DNA of 63,710 nt, counting the filler, from Craspedostauros australis (lineage: Eukaryota), in assembly GCA_030167865.1 (NCBI GenBank). It is 19 parts of 19 records of this genome, joined end to end, with 100 filler letters (N's around TTAATTAATTAA, not from the genome) between each part and the next. Parts side by side here need not be neighbours in the genome. Positions count along the whole stretch, not along the records: positions 43,693 to 47,578 come from JALAGF010001465.1; positions 47,679 to 52,186 come from JALAGF010001466.1; positions 52,287 to 61,069 come from JALAGF010001467.1; 16 more parts are not named here. The stretch is one strand, 5' to 3'. The notes beneath the pieces were generated by a model. The model was not told the origin of the DNA. It ran no database searches and saw only the letters and a program-made list of their open reading frames with translations. A program made the translations under genes and the position numbers. Shown one piece after another: positions 46,701-59,649 of the stretch; positions within the stretch are counted from its first letter, which is position 1; each line of letters starts with the position of its first letter.

Positions 46701-47440
46701 GCACCCTGAGTTCGAACGTCCCCCGGCACTGGGCAAAGCAACCCAATCGACTTCCAAGTGGTTGGTGGAAAGAATGGCAGTGCTGGTGCAAGTCTATGTG
46801 CTTTCACGGCCTGCTTCTGCACGAACCGCTGGGTAGATGGCATAGAGACGACGGGACCTGGAGATGGTGGAAGTTCCCTTACAGCGACATCATCCTGGAC
46901 ACGGCCTCCCAGCCTATCCGACGGTACCGACCACAGCGACGACGATGGACGCGCAGGCAGCCCTACGTTCGAAGTGGCACGGTACCAGCGCTCCCAGAGG
47001 GCGCCAAGAGGGTGTCGGTGATCATCACGGAGACTGGGTTAACATGGGACGGGCATTTGGGATTGACGCAGGCGGCCGAGGAGCCACCAGAGCCTTACGA
47101 ACCCATTGAGAACCTCCAGGGAGAGTTGCGATGGCGAGACGCAGTACAAGCGGCGCGCGAAGGACGTCTGCTTGTCGTGAGTGACGGTTCCTTCAAGGAT
47201 TCCAGGGGCACGTCTGCCTCAATATTCTTCGATGCGGAATCGCGCGATCGATTGCAATGCCAGACGTTCGTGCCTGGGCCTGCCGAGGTTCAAAGCGCCT
47301 ACAGAAGCGAGCTGGCTGGCATATGGGCGTCGCTCTCGGTGATCGTCCTGATGCAGGACCTGGACTTGACGTGTGAAATCACTATCGCTCTGGATGGCAA
47401 GCAAGCAATGCTGCAGGCCCAAGAAGACGGGCTTCGCCCT
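43777..47440 (+). mobile_element. Non-LTR retrotransposon ORF (APE end, RT, RNase H), Ambal-like
   Basis: PIDAIF...SDHRAVW (APE), NDAKSCYDRI, GQGNGAGP, FVDDTDL (RT) and VSDGS...AYRSELAG...LDG (RNase H). Open for 3.6 kb and truncated at 47441 by another element. Confidence 0.92.
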
Positions 47441-47578
47441 GTATTAGCTCAAACTAGTATTCCTATTAGTCGTGTTAAGATTTAGTCTAGTTAGTCAAAT
47501 GACCGACTGCTCAGAGTTTGAGCGGGATTGAAGCGTGACTCAATGTCGGTGGGATGGGGTCCCACCCTCGAATCGTGC
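47441..47578 (+). mobile_element. Element terminus inserted in the LINE RNase H domain
   Basis: Matches the reverse complement of 6559-6680. Confidence 0.8.
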
Positions 47579-47678
47579 NNNNNNNNNNNNNNNNNNNNNN
47601 NNNNNNNNNNNNNNNNNNNNNNTTAATTAATTAANNNNNNNNNNNNNNNNNNNNNNNNNNNNNNNNNNNNNNNNNNNN

Positions 47679-50600
47679 GTGGTCGTCTCCAACGTCATCA
47701 CAGCTGCCATGATGTCCGACAGGCGATTCTTGTACTTCAGATCAAACAGAGCCTCCTGCGTCCGCACGCCAATCTTCAGCTGCGGATGAGCCTGGGCCTT
47801 GCGGTTGGCCTTATCGATTCGATGGACAATGTGCACGCACTTTCGCGAGCAGTGCTGACGCACGCGTCGGGCTCGCGCAATCGCCTGCACCCGCTTGATT
47901 CCACGGGCCACACGGCATGTGATCCTGCGGTACAGGAAGGTGCTCACGGCTCGCTGGATGATGTAGGCCGCGTCGTGCTTGCGCATCTCGAATTGGTACT
48001 CCCTGAACTGCCGCTGGATGATCGTCGCCTTGTGATGAAGGAAGAGCTCGTCGGCCAATGTTTGCAGTCTCAAATCTTGAACCCTGCTTTTTGCTTGAAT
48101 ACGACGCACTGTTGCCTGGATCTTCATGGTCGCCAAGATATTCATCATGTACTCTGTTTCACACTTGTATCCTCTCCACACGCGCTGAATTTCGCGTGCT
48201 GCCAGGTTGTAGTAGGCCGTGGACAGTCTGATCTGAAATCCTCTCGCATGGCGTTGGATGCACGTGGCAGCCTGGCGCTTCATCAGCAGTCGGTTGCGAA
48301 TGATGTATCCCCGACCCAAGCTCTGAATCGCAGTACATGCGCTCGCTCTGAAGTGCATCTCATTCCTCCACAACACACCTCGTACCAACGCTTGGAGTTT
48401 GGTGATACCATCTTGCGCACGTTGCAACCGAGCACGAACAATGTGGGCACGGACGTGAGACTGGAACTTGATGATCCCAATGACGCTCATGATGTAGTCA
48501 ACATGCGCAACGTAGCATCGCCACGTCTTCTGTATCGCTCGCGCACCGGCATGGCGTCGTGCAATCTGTCTTGCCTTGCGCCCTCTCCAGACCCGCTGGA
48601 TGTTGGTGCTGGAGGTCTCCCGCGTGTTGTCTTCCCATCTTTGCTGTTGTCGATGATATAGTTCACTTCGCGCGATGCGCGTCCTGACGATGGACTGGAT
48701 TGCTGTTGCTGCGTCGTGCATGGCCCCAACCCGACGGCGGGCCAACCACGAGCGCACGACGCATTGTGCCATGATCACGTCCTCCGTCAACATGCGAAAG
48801 CAATTGTGAATCAGGAATCCGCGGAACCGTGCTTGAATGATGCTTGCCGCAATGTCCATCTCGATGAGTTCCTCGCGGACCTGATGCCCACGGATGAAGG
48901 ACTGAATCGTCACCGCTGCGCTGTACTCCATCACGAAGATGTCCCTTTGCATCTTGAGGATGGTCAATTCTCGGTGTGCTCTCCAGGACCGCGCTGCACG
49001 CTGAATGCACGCGACGGCATTGGATTTCTGAACTGCATGGCATCGTGCAATGTAGCTTCTGGCGAATGATTGCATTCGAATGATCCTTGTGACAGATTGG
49101 CCGTAGGCCTCAACCGCCTTTCTCGATCTCCATGCGCTCTGGATCGTGACAGCGGCATCATGTTCCAACATAGCAAGCTGATTACCGCACATCAGCATAT
49201 CTTGAATTCGTTGTTGATGTACCAAGTCCAAAGCAAAAGCCTGCAGCTTCAACACCGCCACCCGTCGGGTCTGCGCTTGCTGCCGTGAAAACCGGAGTCG
49301 GGCGATGCTTTGAACCACGATGACATCCTTGATGGACTTGTGGAAGCTCTTGCTTGTGTGATATCGCCTCCAGACAGCTTGAATTCTGACGGATGCCTTG
49401 GTCAATCCATCCGCCTTTGCTTTCTTCTGTTTCAGATCTTGCAATGCCACCCTCGATATCAGCAGTCGAGCAAAGCACTGGAGGCGCACAACCATGTCCA
49501 ATCTACGTTGGCATTCGTTGCGCTGGTTCCATCGACGGCAGATACTTTGGCAAAGGATGATCCTCCATCGAACGACCAAGTACTTGCGGGAGGCTCGATG
49601 GCATCGCCAGATCTTCTGAACATCGATCGCAACCGCTTCTTTCATTCTGAGGACACAGCGAATCATCCGTCCACGCCAGATTGCTTGGATCGTGATGGAG
49701 GCAAGGTTGCGGCGCAGGAAGGTCTGATGAGCATGGTGGCGTCGATAGGCGTTCTGGAGTATGGTTGCCGCAGCAGTACGACGGGCAACATGCCGGTGGT
49801 GTCGCCATGCCTGTTGAATCGAGGCGGCCGCCAAGTTGTAAGCGTGCCGCTTTCTGGTGACCAGCGATCGAGCAAGGTGGAGTCGAACATGCGACTGGAT
49901 CATCAGAACACCTTGTCGGCGCGTCGATGCCTCCCTGCGAGCTTTCCATCTTCGGAACGCACCCTGGCATGTGGTGGTGGCAAGCACATCCGCCTTGAAT
50001 TCGGAAGCAGTGATATATCGTCTCCATGCAGCTTGGATCGTTGTTGCTGCAAAGACTGCCGACTCCAACATACGACGGTACTTGATGCATCTCCATGCAG
50101 CTTGGATGGTTGTCGCTGCGGCTCGATGATTCCTGAAACTCTTGGATTGAAAGAACCGCCGGAAGGCTGCCTGAATGAGTGTTGCCGCCGCATGCGATCG
50201 TGACTTTTCATAGCTGTAGCATCGCCACCGTCTTTGGATTATCACCACCGATGCGATATCCCTGAGGAAGTCTGCACGTGCATGAAACCTTCGGATCGAA
50301 GACTGTAGCACGGTTGCGGCATGTAGCGTCTCGGTAAACGTCTTGGAGGCAAGGAAGGCACGGAGGGATGCCTGGATTCGAACTGCTGCGAGGTTGGTCA
50401 GTTGTTGGTGGTGGAGTTGATTCAGCTGGTTCCGGGCAAGAGCAGATCGGAACGCACACTGTATTGTACTTACAGCAGCTCGCCGTTCCGATGCAACTCT
50501 GCGGGCCAGATATTGCCGTGCGGCGCTCTGGATGGTGATGGCATCAAATCGCTTCAGATGGGCCGCAACTAGTCCTGAGAATCCGCGCCATGCAGCCTGG

Positions 50601-52185
50601 ATCTTGATAGCTGCGTTGGTCCACCGCATGAATTCGAAATCTTGTTGTGCACGGTGTCCACGCCAGATCCTTTGAATTGTCTTCGCGCATTCAATCTTCA
50701 TTTGAAAGGAGAGATTGTCCTGCCATCCGCGAAAGGCTGCTTGGATCAGCGTCGCAGCGTCGTATTCCAACACCGCCAGCCTCTCCAGCTTTCGTCGGCG
50801 CCATCTTCTGAATGCAGCTTGGATGAGGATGGCGGATTCGTCGTCTAGGACCTTGTTCAGATATGCCAACCATGCTTCTTGGACGATGGTCGCCGCCTGC
50901 TGTTGTTGAATCACCTTCTTCCTCGCCAAGGACCCTCTGGCCATGCGCTGCGCTTGGATGATGCACTGCCTTGAATACTGAAAGCGGGCCCATGCTATGT
51001 ATCCTCGCCAGACGGATTGGATGGCGGTGGCGGAATAAACTTGAATGAATCGTTGATCAGCGACGCGCCGAGCAACCCTGCCTCGCCAAATGGACTGAAT
51101 GATGACGGCAGCGTCGCGCTCCTCTCGCGCATCGGAAGCTTCCCAGCGTCCCAGCATACCTCTAAACACTCGCTGGATCTGAACCGCCGCCATGGTGCGA
51201 CATTCATTAATCAACCGGCTGTGCTTCATTTGAACCAGAGAGCGGCGGTGGGTCCACACGAAGTTTTCGATGATAGCGACTTGCCGGTGGTATTTTAGCC
51301 GTTGATTGCACAGGTATTGACCCTTGTTTGCCTGCCAGTACTGGAAGATAGTGGATGCGGCTGCCTTCTTGCGCTCGAGCATGATCTTCTGAAAATGTTT
51401 ACGGTAACTCTTCTGGATCAAGATGCAAGACAGAACCTCGCGGCTGGATTCCATCAATCGTGAACAGAGGTAGGAGAGACAAAGTAGGATGGACTGTTCG
51501 TTGGGTGGGCTGTTGGTGTCGGAGGTAGGCAGCATGCATGGAATGCCGCCGAGGTCCGTCGCTCGAGAGGATGCCAGGCGGCAGTTGACTCGTTCGTTGG
51601 ACAACGCCAGGTCTTGAGAGATGGAGCCTTCCTCGAACGCTGGAGATCGGGTTGTTGGCTTGATCTCATGGCGGCGCAGCGAGCTTGGGTGGTAGTAGTG
51701 AATGAGCAGACAGAACACCGTGCCATCAGCGAAGGACTGCGAGAAATCGGTCACCTCGATTCCGTAGCAGGCGCACACGACTTGGCACCATCGCAGAAGC
51801 AGATGCTTCATGGTCTCCTCAGGTGATGCATCCAGAGGTGCGAATTTGCGTAGCATCTCNNNNNNNNNNNNNNNNNNNNNNNNNGAACGACCTTCGATCT
51901 TGAATCTGACCCGATTTGACGAATGCACACGTCGAATCTCCTCCTCGACGCAATCCTCCCTCAGCAGCTTCTCCATGCAACACTGCGCGATGATGGACCA
52001 CATCAGCTTGAGCACCATCTCACGATGGCCATCGACGATCTGATGTGGAATGACGTCTTGTGGAATTGAGATTCCGAAGGAGCGCAAGTTCTTCAGTGCG
52101 ATGCCTACGTTGTGCAGCTTCTGCAACCGAGAACCAGCGGGGAGGCGCAACGCTGTCATGAATTGCTTTGGTTTGCAACCCGCCA
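47679..52185 (-). CDS. ASPM: Abnormal spindle-like microcephaly-associated protein homolog, both ends truncated
   Basis: End of CH1 (IVDGHREMVLKLMW), CH2 (LLLRWCQ...DFSQSFADG), dozens of IQxxxRG motifs and the start of the C-terminal helical region. Confidence 0.92.
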
Positions 52186-52286
52186 CNNNNNNNNNNNNNN
52201 NNNNNNNNNNNNNNNNNNNNNNNNNNNNNNTTAATTAATTAANNNNNNNNNNNNNNNNNNNNNNNNNNNNNNNNNNNNNNNNNNNN

Positions 52287-53864
52287 TCCTTGCGGATATC
52301 GACATCGCACTTCATGATGGTCTGGAAGGTGGAGTCGCCAACACCGTCCATTTCGAGACCAGTCAAGTTAGGCTGGAACAGGACCTCTGGGCAACGGAAG
52401 CGCTCGTTTCCAATCACGATGATGTTACCATCTGGAAGCTCGAAAGACTTCTCAAGAGCAGAAGACTCAGCGGCCTTCTTCATCTCCTCCTCGAAGTCGA
52501 CGGCGACGAAGCAGAGACTCTCCTTGATGTCACGGACGATTTCGCGCTCGGCGGTGGTTGTCAGCGAGTAACCACGCTCTGTGAGGATCTTCATCAGGTA
52601 CTCGGTCAGGTCACGTCCGGCCAAATCGAGACGGATGACGGCGTGTGGAAGAGCGTATCCCTCGTAGATTGGAACGGTGTGTGTCACACCATCACCGGAG
52701 TCCAGCACGCATCCGGTGGTACGTCCGGAGGCGTACAGGGAGAGGACGGCCTGGATGTTGACGTACATGGCCGGGACGTTGAAGGTCTCGAACATGATCT
52801 GGGTCATACGTTCGCGGTTGGCCTTGGGGTTCTGTGGGGCCTCGGTGAGCAGGACTGGGTGGGCCTCTGGGGCGACACGGAGCTCGTTGTAGAAGGTGTG
52901 ATGCCAGATCTTCTCCATATCGTCCCAGTTGGTGACGATACCGTGCTCGATTGGGTACTTCAGTGTGAGGACACCACGCTTGGCCTGTGCCTCATCACCG
53001 ACGTATGCGTCACGCTGCTCCATACCAACCATGATACCTGGCTGGCGGGCACGTCCGATGAGGGATGGGAAGACGGAGCGTGGGGCGTCATCTCCAGCGA
53101 ATCCGGCTGTTGTGTGGTTGTGTGGTTGTTTGTGGTTGTTTGATTTTTATTGTGCGATGATGCATACACATTGTGTTTGATGATCATCGGCCAGGATAAG
53201 CATTTGAATGAAGCCCACAATGGAATCCAATACCAGAATCATGGATTGCACGAAGGGTGATTGATTGATTGATAATTCGCCAGTTCAATCAGGCAGTTTA
53301 CAAGCCACCGTTTGTTTGGTTTTGTTGGGGATAATGAGGCATGTGGTGTTGATCGATTTGTTGGAACGAGAGACGAAGTTCGAGAGAGTGAAAATGTGAG
53401 ACCTGGAAGTGGCGGACTGAAGCAGAGCAGCAGGAAGGGACACAGCAGTTGAGTTTCTCGTTGGTACAGGCACCGATGTGGAGCCGTGCCAGCTGCCGAC
53501 CAAAGCAAGGCGGAGAGCAATCTTGACTGGGACGTGTTGTCGCTCCGATTGCTTTCATCGCGCGTTGCATCAGGTCTCCACGTCGTGCTCGAATGTGTGC
53601 CCCGACAAAGACGTCTCAATCCGCGTGGCTGTTTCGTGCCGAGGAGGCGGAACTTTATCCGTCGCCCGTTGAGTCCGCATTGGTCGCGAGTCACCGCGTT
53701 GTGATTGTCGTCGGTGTAACGTGCTCTGCGATGCCGAATCTCCGATTCGCCATGGTGATGATTGATGAGCATGTGGCCTTGTCGCCTGATGGCATGAGCT
53801 TACCCTTGCACATTCCGGAACCGTTGTCGATGACAAGGGCGGCGATATCTTCGTCGTCAGACAT
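52287..53864 (-). CDS. ACT: Actin copy A, 5' part: exon 1 53864-53804, intron 53803-53107, exon 2 53106 to scaffold edge
   Basis: [30 protein letters not shown] with a GT-AG intron of 697 bp. Confidence 0.97.
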
Positions 53865-54668
53865 GATTGCAAATTGGTTTGTTGTTGGTGGTGATTTGTT
53901 TGATTTGGCCAAGCCTGAATTTTATGCGTAGCTGATTGCCGAGGTCTTCCATGACAACACAAGACAACACGAGACAACACAGGATGAGCCGATGCATGAC
54001 AAGATGGTGGTGGGTGGCGATGTGCGATGGCTTCGTCCAACAACGCAGAACAAACGTCTGCAGCGATTTGCGCAGCTGACAACCAACGCAAATGGCACGT
54101 CCGAAAGGGACGAAATGACCGAAAAAGAACGGTTTGATGACCAGGTATCTTTCAAAATTTTGTCGTTGGTTTGGTCATTTCCAACTTTGGACGAGTCATG
54201 AGATGACGCATAACGGTCACGTCTCAAAACCGTTATTGTGAAAAGATATGACCGTCTGTTGGACCCATCCGATCGCAAGGCATCGCCCAAAGATTCCTGA
54301 CATTTTGTCGGATCCAAGACATTGGAAGACCCACACACCAAGGCCTGAAGTCATTTCGTCGGCTCCTCGCCGAGAATTCAAAACGAAAGAGCAGAAGCGC
54401 CTGTTCGTCTCCCAAGACAGGGGCAAGACAACCCAAGACAGAAAGACAAAGCAAGGACAAAACCAGCACGCTCCACGAAGTTGGCAGAGAAGGAGCGAAA
54501 CATCAACCACCAACCTCATGGGACACGCGACGACGTCTCGCACACTCGCAGCGACGACACCACACAGCCACAGAAATTGAAAAAATCCGACCGCCCCCTC
54601 ACAGCTCACAACTCGCAACTTGCGTCAATCAACACCCGCCTCCACCACCAAACAAACAACTCGCCACC
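53865..54668. promoter_or_regulatory. Putative bidirectional promoter between divergent actin genes
   Basis: 804 bp between two outward-facing actin ATGs. Inferred from position only. Confidence 0.6.
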
Positions 54669-56665
54669 ATGTCTGACGACGAAGATATCGCCGCCCTTGT
54701 CATCGACAACGGTTCCGGAATGTGCAAAGGTAAGGCGTCATCGAGCAGCACATCGCAATGGATTGGGTTGGGTTGGATCCAAACACGGCTCCGGTTCCTT
54801 CTTGTTCTGGCTTCTTGGCGGATCAAGATGGACGCAGCAAAGCCATCCTCGGCCATTCCCCTCGCAAAAATCCAAGAGGGCAATTGAGTCATCTGGTTTC
54901 GACGATGGCCACCACACAATGATGCGTTTGTCATTCATGACAACAGCTTTGGTGCTTTGTGCATGCCCGATGGACTCCAAGTGACGCATCCAGCCGATCG
55001 CTGCCAGGACAGGCAAGACGCCATTCGACATCCCTTTTCTGGTGTGTTCTCCTTGTTTGTATCCCAACTGCATCCAAATTCACAGCGTCCTCACCTGACT
55101 CCGATCCCTTCGTCTCGTCGCACGAAACGGCCTGGTTCTTGATTTCTTTTCGCTTCCGCCGCAATGATCCTTGCTCCTGCTTGGATGTGATTGATCACCC
55201 GCCACACACGTGCATCGGCTTGGACGGCATTGATACAATTTGATTGCTTGTGGCAACGACAACTGCGACACGGCTTTGATCCATCCTTCCGTTCCGCGCT
55301 GCTACCCATGCTGCGACGTCGTCGATGGAATGATCTTGCGTTGATGTTTGGAATACTCAATCAACTCAATATCAACTCAAATACAAATTGGACAATTGGC
55401 ATCATCGGCATCGCCATGAACCAAACTTGATTGCACTCTGCTGAACACCCACGCCAACTCAATGATCCATCGATCTGCCCTCAATCACCGCTCGTGACTA
55501 CAATCATGATGATCATCAAACACAATGTGTATGCATCATCGCACAATAAAAATCAAACAACCATACGACAACCACAAACAACCACACAACAGCCGGATTC
55601 GCTGGAGATGACGCCCCACGCTCCGTCTTCCCATCCCTCATCGGACGTGCCCGCCAGCCAGGTATCATGGTCGGTATGGAGCAGCGTGACGCATACGTCG
55701 GTGACGAGGCACAGGCCAAGCGTGGTGTCCTCACACTGAAGTACCCAATCGAGCACGGNATCGTCACCAACTGGGACGATATGGAGAAGATCTGGCATCA
55801 CACCTTCTACAACGAGCTCCGTGTCGCCCCAGAGGCCCACCCAGTCCTGCTCACCGAGGCCCCACAGAACCCCAAGGCCAACCGCGAGCGTATGACCCAG
55901 ATCATGTTCGAGACCTTCAACGTCCCGGCCATGTACGTCAACATCCAAGCCGTCCTCTCCCTGTACGCCTCTGGACGTACCACCGGATGCGTGCTGGACT
56001 CCGGTGATGGTGTGACACACACCGTTCCAATCTATGAGGGATACGCCCTTCCACACGCCGTCATCCGTCTCGATTTGGCCGGACGTGACCTGACCGAGTA
56101 CCTGATGAAGATCCTCACAGAGCGTGGTTACTCGCTGACAACCACCGCCGAGCGCGAAATCGTCCGTGACATCAAGGAGAGTCTCTGCTTCGTCGCCGTC
56201 GACTTCGAGGAGGAGATGAAGAAGGCCGCTGAGTCTTCTGCTCTTGAGAAGTCTTTCGAGCTTCCAGATGGTAACATCATCGTGATTGGAAACGAGCGCT
56301 TCCGTTGCCCAGAGGTCCTGTTCCAGCCTAACTTGACTGGTCTCGAAATGGACGGTATTGGCGACTCCACCTTCCAGACCATCATGAAGTGTGATGTCGA
56401 TATCCGCAAGGATCTGTACGCCAACATCGTCCTTTCTGGAGGAACCACCATGTTCCCAGGAATTAGCGAGCGCATGTCGAAGGAGATCACCGCCCTCGCC
56501 CCAGCCTCCATCAAGGTCAAGATCGTGGCCCCACCGGAGCGAAAGTACTCCGTGTGGATCGGAGGATCCATCCTCGCTTCCCTGTCTACATTCCAGAGCA
56601 TGTGGATCAGCAAGGAGGAGTACGACGAGTCCGGTCCATCCATCGTCCACCGCAAGTGCTTCTAA
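54669..56665 (+). CDS. ACT: Actin copy B, complete (377 aa): exons 54669-54729 and 55593-56665
   Basis: Canonical actin ending IVHRKCF with an 863-bp GT-AG intron. Confidence 0.98.
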
Positions 56666-56907
56666 GCATCTTTGCATAGGCGCCGAAGGTTGGCCAGCGC
56701 ATGTTCTCATCATTACGTGGTTGGGATTGTTGGCTATTCACGCTCGATATTGGCTTCATGTAAACATCTCATAACAACAATATATCTACTTTACGGCACC
56801 AATACTCGCAAGCTTACTCGTACCCTCACATGGGCTACAAGTGCGTCATCGTGCACGGTCCATTCGCCTCGTCGTCGCTTCTGACTGGCATCAACGTAAT
56901 CCTCTCG

Positions 56908-59649
56908 CTAGGTCTGAGTTTGAGCTGTGGGATCCCAGGTTTTGATCTGTGAGAAGAAGCCGTACGATTTACCGTGGTTTGCGACAATGTGGTCGATGTC
57001 TTGCGTCAACCTGTGTGGGTTGAAACCGCGGAAGGGATCGTTCCATCCCAGGAGATCGAGGTCCAACCCGCTGATGTCGCATGCAATCAACGGATACTCG
57101 AAACCGTTCTCCTTGATCTGGGGCACATACGCCTGGACTTCTTGGCGGTGCTTAACGTCACCGAAGTCAATTCCCTGGTCCTTCCCAGATGGCTCGAACG
57201 AGTTGCAGAACAGCCCGGACAGACCTGGAAGGATGTAGTTCATGAAGCAGAGGACGATGCCAACCACAATCGCGGCAACGCTGCTCCATCCGTAGTACGA
57301 AACGATCTTCTCCTGGCTGTCCGTCATCCATTGGTCTTCGGTTTGGAAGATGGGGAGGGGGAAGATGCGCGACCCGAACATGTCCTGATTGCAGAACTTG
57401 TAGCCTCCGTTGCCATCCTCGCATACCTGATCGTAGGGATACCCAGACCAGAAGTATGCGCTCACCAGCATGTGCACAACCAGCGTTGTGCTGAAAAAGG
57501 AGTTTCGGCTCAGTCTGGCCAATCCTGGGCCGATGTCAGGCGCGCTGCGCCAGATCCTCAGCAGGCAGAACTTGCCGAAAAGAAAGTGGATGAACAATGC
57601 GGCTGAGCCAAGGAAGTACGACTCTGGAAGGATGGAGGCGTAGAACAGGGCCACGAACAGCACCTTCGTGGCATCCGTGTATCGCTCTGCGAGCTCGAAC
57701 TTGCCACCGATCATGTACGAATTCATCTCCTCTTGATCACGTGCTCGTGGTGCGAGAATGTGCTTCCGGATGTTCCCCATGATGTCAGAGAGCTTGATGA
57801 TCGGGATGGTGAATAGCTCGGCATAGATGACAGGATACACCGACGACACCAATGTCTTCGGTTCCCCCTCTGCATCCTTCGCGATGGAAATCGTTTCGAT
57901 GAAGTTCATCGTTAGCAGCAACGCGATGGCGGAGTTGAAGCAACGGAAGAGAGCCATGTTGATGTAGAGGCTTTGTTGGCGGTTGCCCTCGGTCGAATGC
58001 GATTCGAACTTGTTGATGAACTCGCAGATCTTTGGAACGGCGACGTTGGTAACAGCGATATACACAGCGGTTAGGCTTTGATTTTCGGAAAGGCTGTGGA
58101 CGAAAAAACCGCTCCACGAGATGAAGAAGATAAGGACCAGCTTCGTGAAGATGAACGTGACGAATCGTTCGGCCGTGCTGGTCTGCAGATCGCGCCATCG
58201 AATGTCATGCGGTTCGGCCGCCTCAGCCACTGCGAGCACCTTGCCACGGAACATGAGTCTCGACTCGATATCCTCTCCGGTTGGTGCCAGGCGGATGGAA
58301 ATATCCTCGGTCTGCTCACCCTGCAGGGCCTCCTGGAGATCCTCAAGGTGGCTAGACTTCGCGTTCTCCTGCACCTTCATCCTGTTGCCATCGAACTTCG
58401 TTGTGTCGATCTTGTTCTGCCACACGTTCGCTTTTCCGGTCATGAGAGCATGCAAAGCATTGCGTTGACCGCGTTCCGTGTGGAATGTCACGAAGACAGC
58501 AACGGCCCTGTATTGGTGCTCCGTGCACAGTTTCTGAATCTTGCTGTTCAGCTCCTGGATCTTCTCGTGGTTCTTGCGGACGCTCGGGACGAACGGCAAT
58601 TCGCACCATGAGTGAGTGATGGCTTCAGAGATGGTGGATTCATCGGTTGGGTCAGCCCCGATAGGCAGCATCTTGCTAAGCTTCTTCAGCACCTGCCGTC
58701 TCTTGATGAGGGTATTCATCAGCTCGTTGTTGTCGATTGCGACCGTGATGCATGCGACGCCTTTGTCAGAGAATCGCTGAAAGAATTCTTTCCATTCCTC
58801 TGGATCGGTGGCGTCGGATGGTGGATTGGTGACCTTGAGGGAGTAATCAGTTGCAGTCTGGATCTCCTCATCGAAGACGACCTCCGCCTTGCGCTGGAAC
58901 CAGTAGAAGGCGACGATGAACGCCAACACCATGCCAACGGATGCGATCCATGCCAGCCTTCCCTGCTTCTCAAAGTCCTCAAAGTCGCACACGTTCTTGA
59001 GCACATTCTGACCATCCAACCTGTCGCTGGGGAACATGGAGCTGTACTCTCCGTTGCAGTCTTCGCATTCCACCCACTCCGAATCGTCGCAGACTGCCGA
59101 TTGACGGAATGTCTCATCCACGTTTGCCTTGTTGGTGTTCGCGGCGAACGCTGCAAAGTACTTCATAAGTGGCAGGTTCATCAATCCAGCCACGAGCATG
59201 ATGATCGCGAGCACCAACGTGGTTGAGAAGTACATGCGCACGCTGATGCCGAACGCATTCAGATCGGCAAGGCTCGTCTTCCAGAAGGGATACAGTTTCG
59301 TCGGTCGGCTCGTGTCGCCGACAGCGGATCTCTCAAAGCCGCTCTTGCTTGAGGAAGCAGTATGTTCGCCGTCGACATACACCCTCGCCAACGTGACGTT
59401 CTCGAAGTAGGCCCAGGCCGCATCCAACGAAGGAGCGTCCGCATCGTTCTTGCCTGGATTGTAGAGCGAGAACTTGGACATGAATCGGGCGAAGAGACGC
59501 GACGGCGTCATCATCTTCACATCATCGCCGTATACCTCACATTTCTTCTCCACATCATCGATGTTGACAACGTGCCTGGTGACGTTGAGCATTCCTTCAC
59601 GGCTCTTGTCCATCAGCTCATCTGCGTCCACAAACGGGATGGACGTCAT
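56908..59649 (-). CDS. CSC1/OSCA/TMEM63-like multi-pass ion channel (~913 aa)
   Basis: About 10 hydrophobic segments. DYSLKVTNPP, AVFVTF and AAEPHDIRWRDL resemble the OSCA ytv.v.niP, AFVtF and APeP.Di.W.NL motifs. Confidence 0.75.
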   Translation of the reverse strand: MTSIPFVDADELMDKSREGMLNVTRHVVNIDDVEKKCEVYGDDVKMMTPSRLFARFMSKFSLYNPGKNDADAPSLDAAWAYFENVTLARVYVDGEHTASSSKSGFERSAVGDTSRPTKLYPFWKTSLADLNAFGISVRMYFSTTLVLAIIMLVAGLMNLPLMKYFAAFAANTNKANVDETFRQSAVCDDSEWVECEDCNGEYSSMFPSDRLDGQNVLKNVCDFEDFEKQGRLAWIASVGMVLAFIVAFYWFQRKAEVVFDEEIQTATDYSLKVTNPPSDATDPEEWKEFFQRFSDKGVACITVAIDNNELMNTLIKRRQVLKKLSKMLPIGADPTDESTISEAITHSWCELPFVPSVRKNHEKIQELNSKIQKLCTEHQYRAVAVFVTFHTERGQRNALHALMTGKANVWQNKIDTTKFDGNRMKVQENAKSSHLEDLQEALQGEQTEDISIRLAPTGEDIESRLMFRGKVLAVAEAAEPHDIRWRDLQTSTAERFVTFIFTKLVLIFFISWSGFFVHSLSENQSLTAVYIAVTNVAVPKICEFINKFESHSTEGNRQQSLYINMALFRCFNSAIALLLTMNFIETISIAKDAEGEPKTLVSSVYPVIYAELFTIPIIKLSDIMGNIRKHILAPRARDQEEMNSYMIGGKFELAERYTDATKVLFVALFYASILPESYFLGSAALFIHFLFGKFCLLRIWRSAPDIGPGLARLSRNSFFSTTLVVHMLVSAYFWSGYPYDQVCEDGNGGYKFCNQDMFGSRIFPLPIFQTEDQWMTDSQEKIVSYYGWSSVAAIVVGIVLCFMNYILPGLSGLFCNSFEPSGKDQGIDFGDVKHRQEVQAYVPQIKENGFEYPLIACDISGLDLDLLGWNDPFRGFNPHRLTQDIDHIVANHGKSYGFFSQIKTWDPTAQTQT

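Noticed and set aside
47679..56665. ASPM plus actin as a cytoskeletal gene cluster
   Set aside because: Separated by a scaffold spacer at 52187-52286, so linkage is unsupported.
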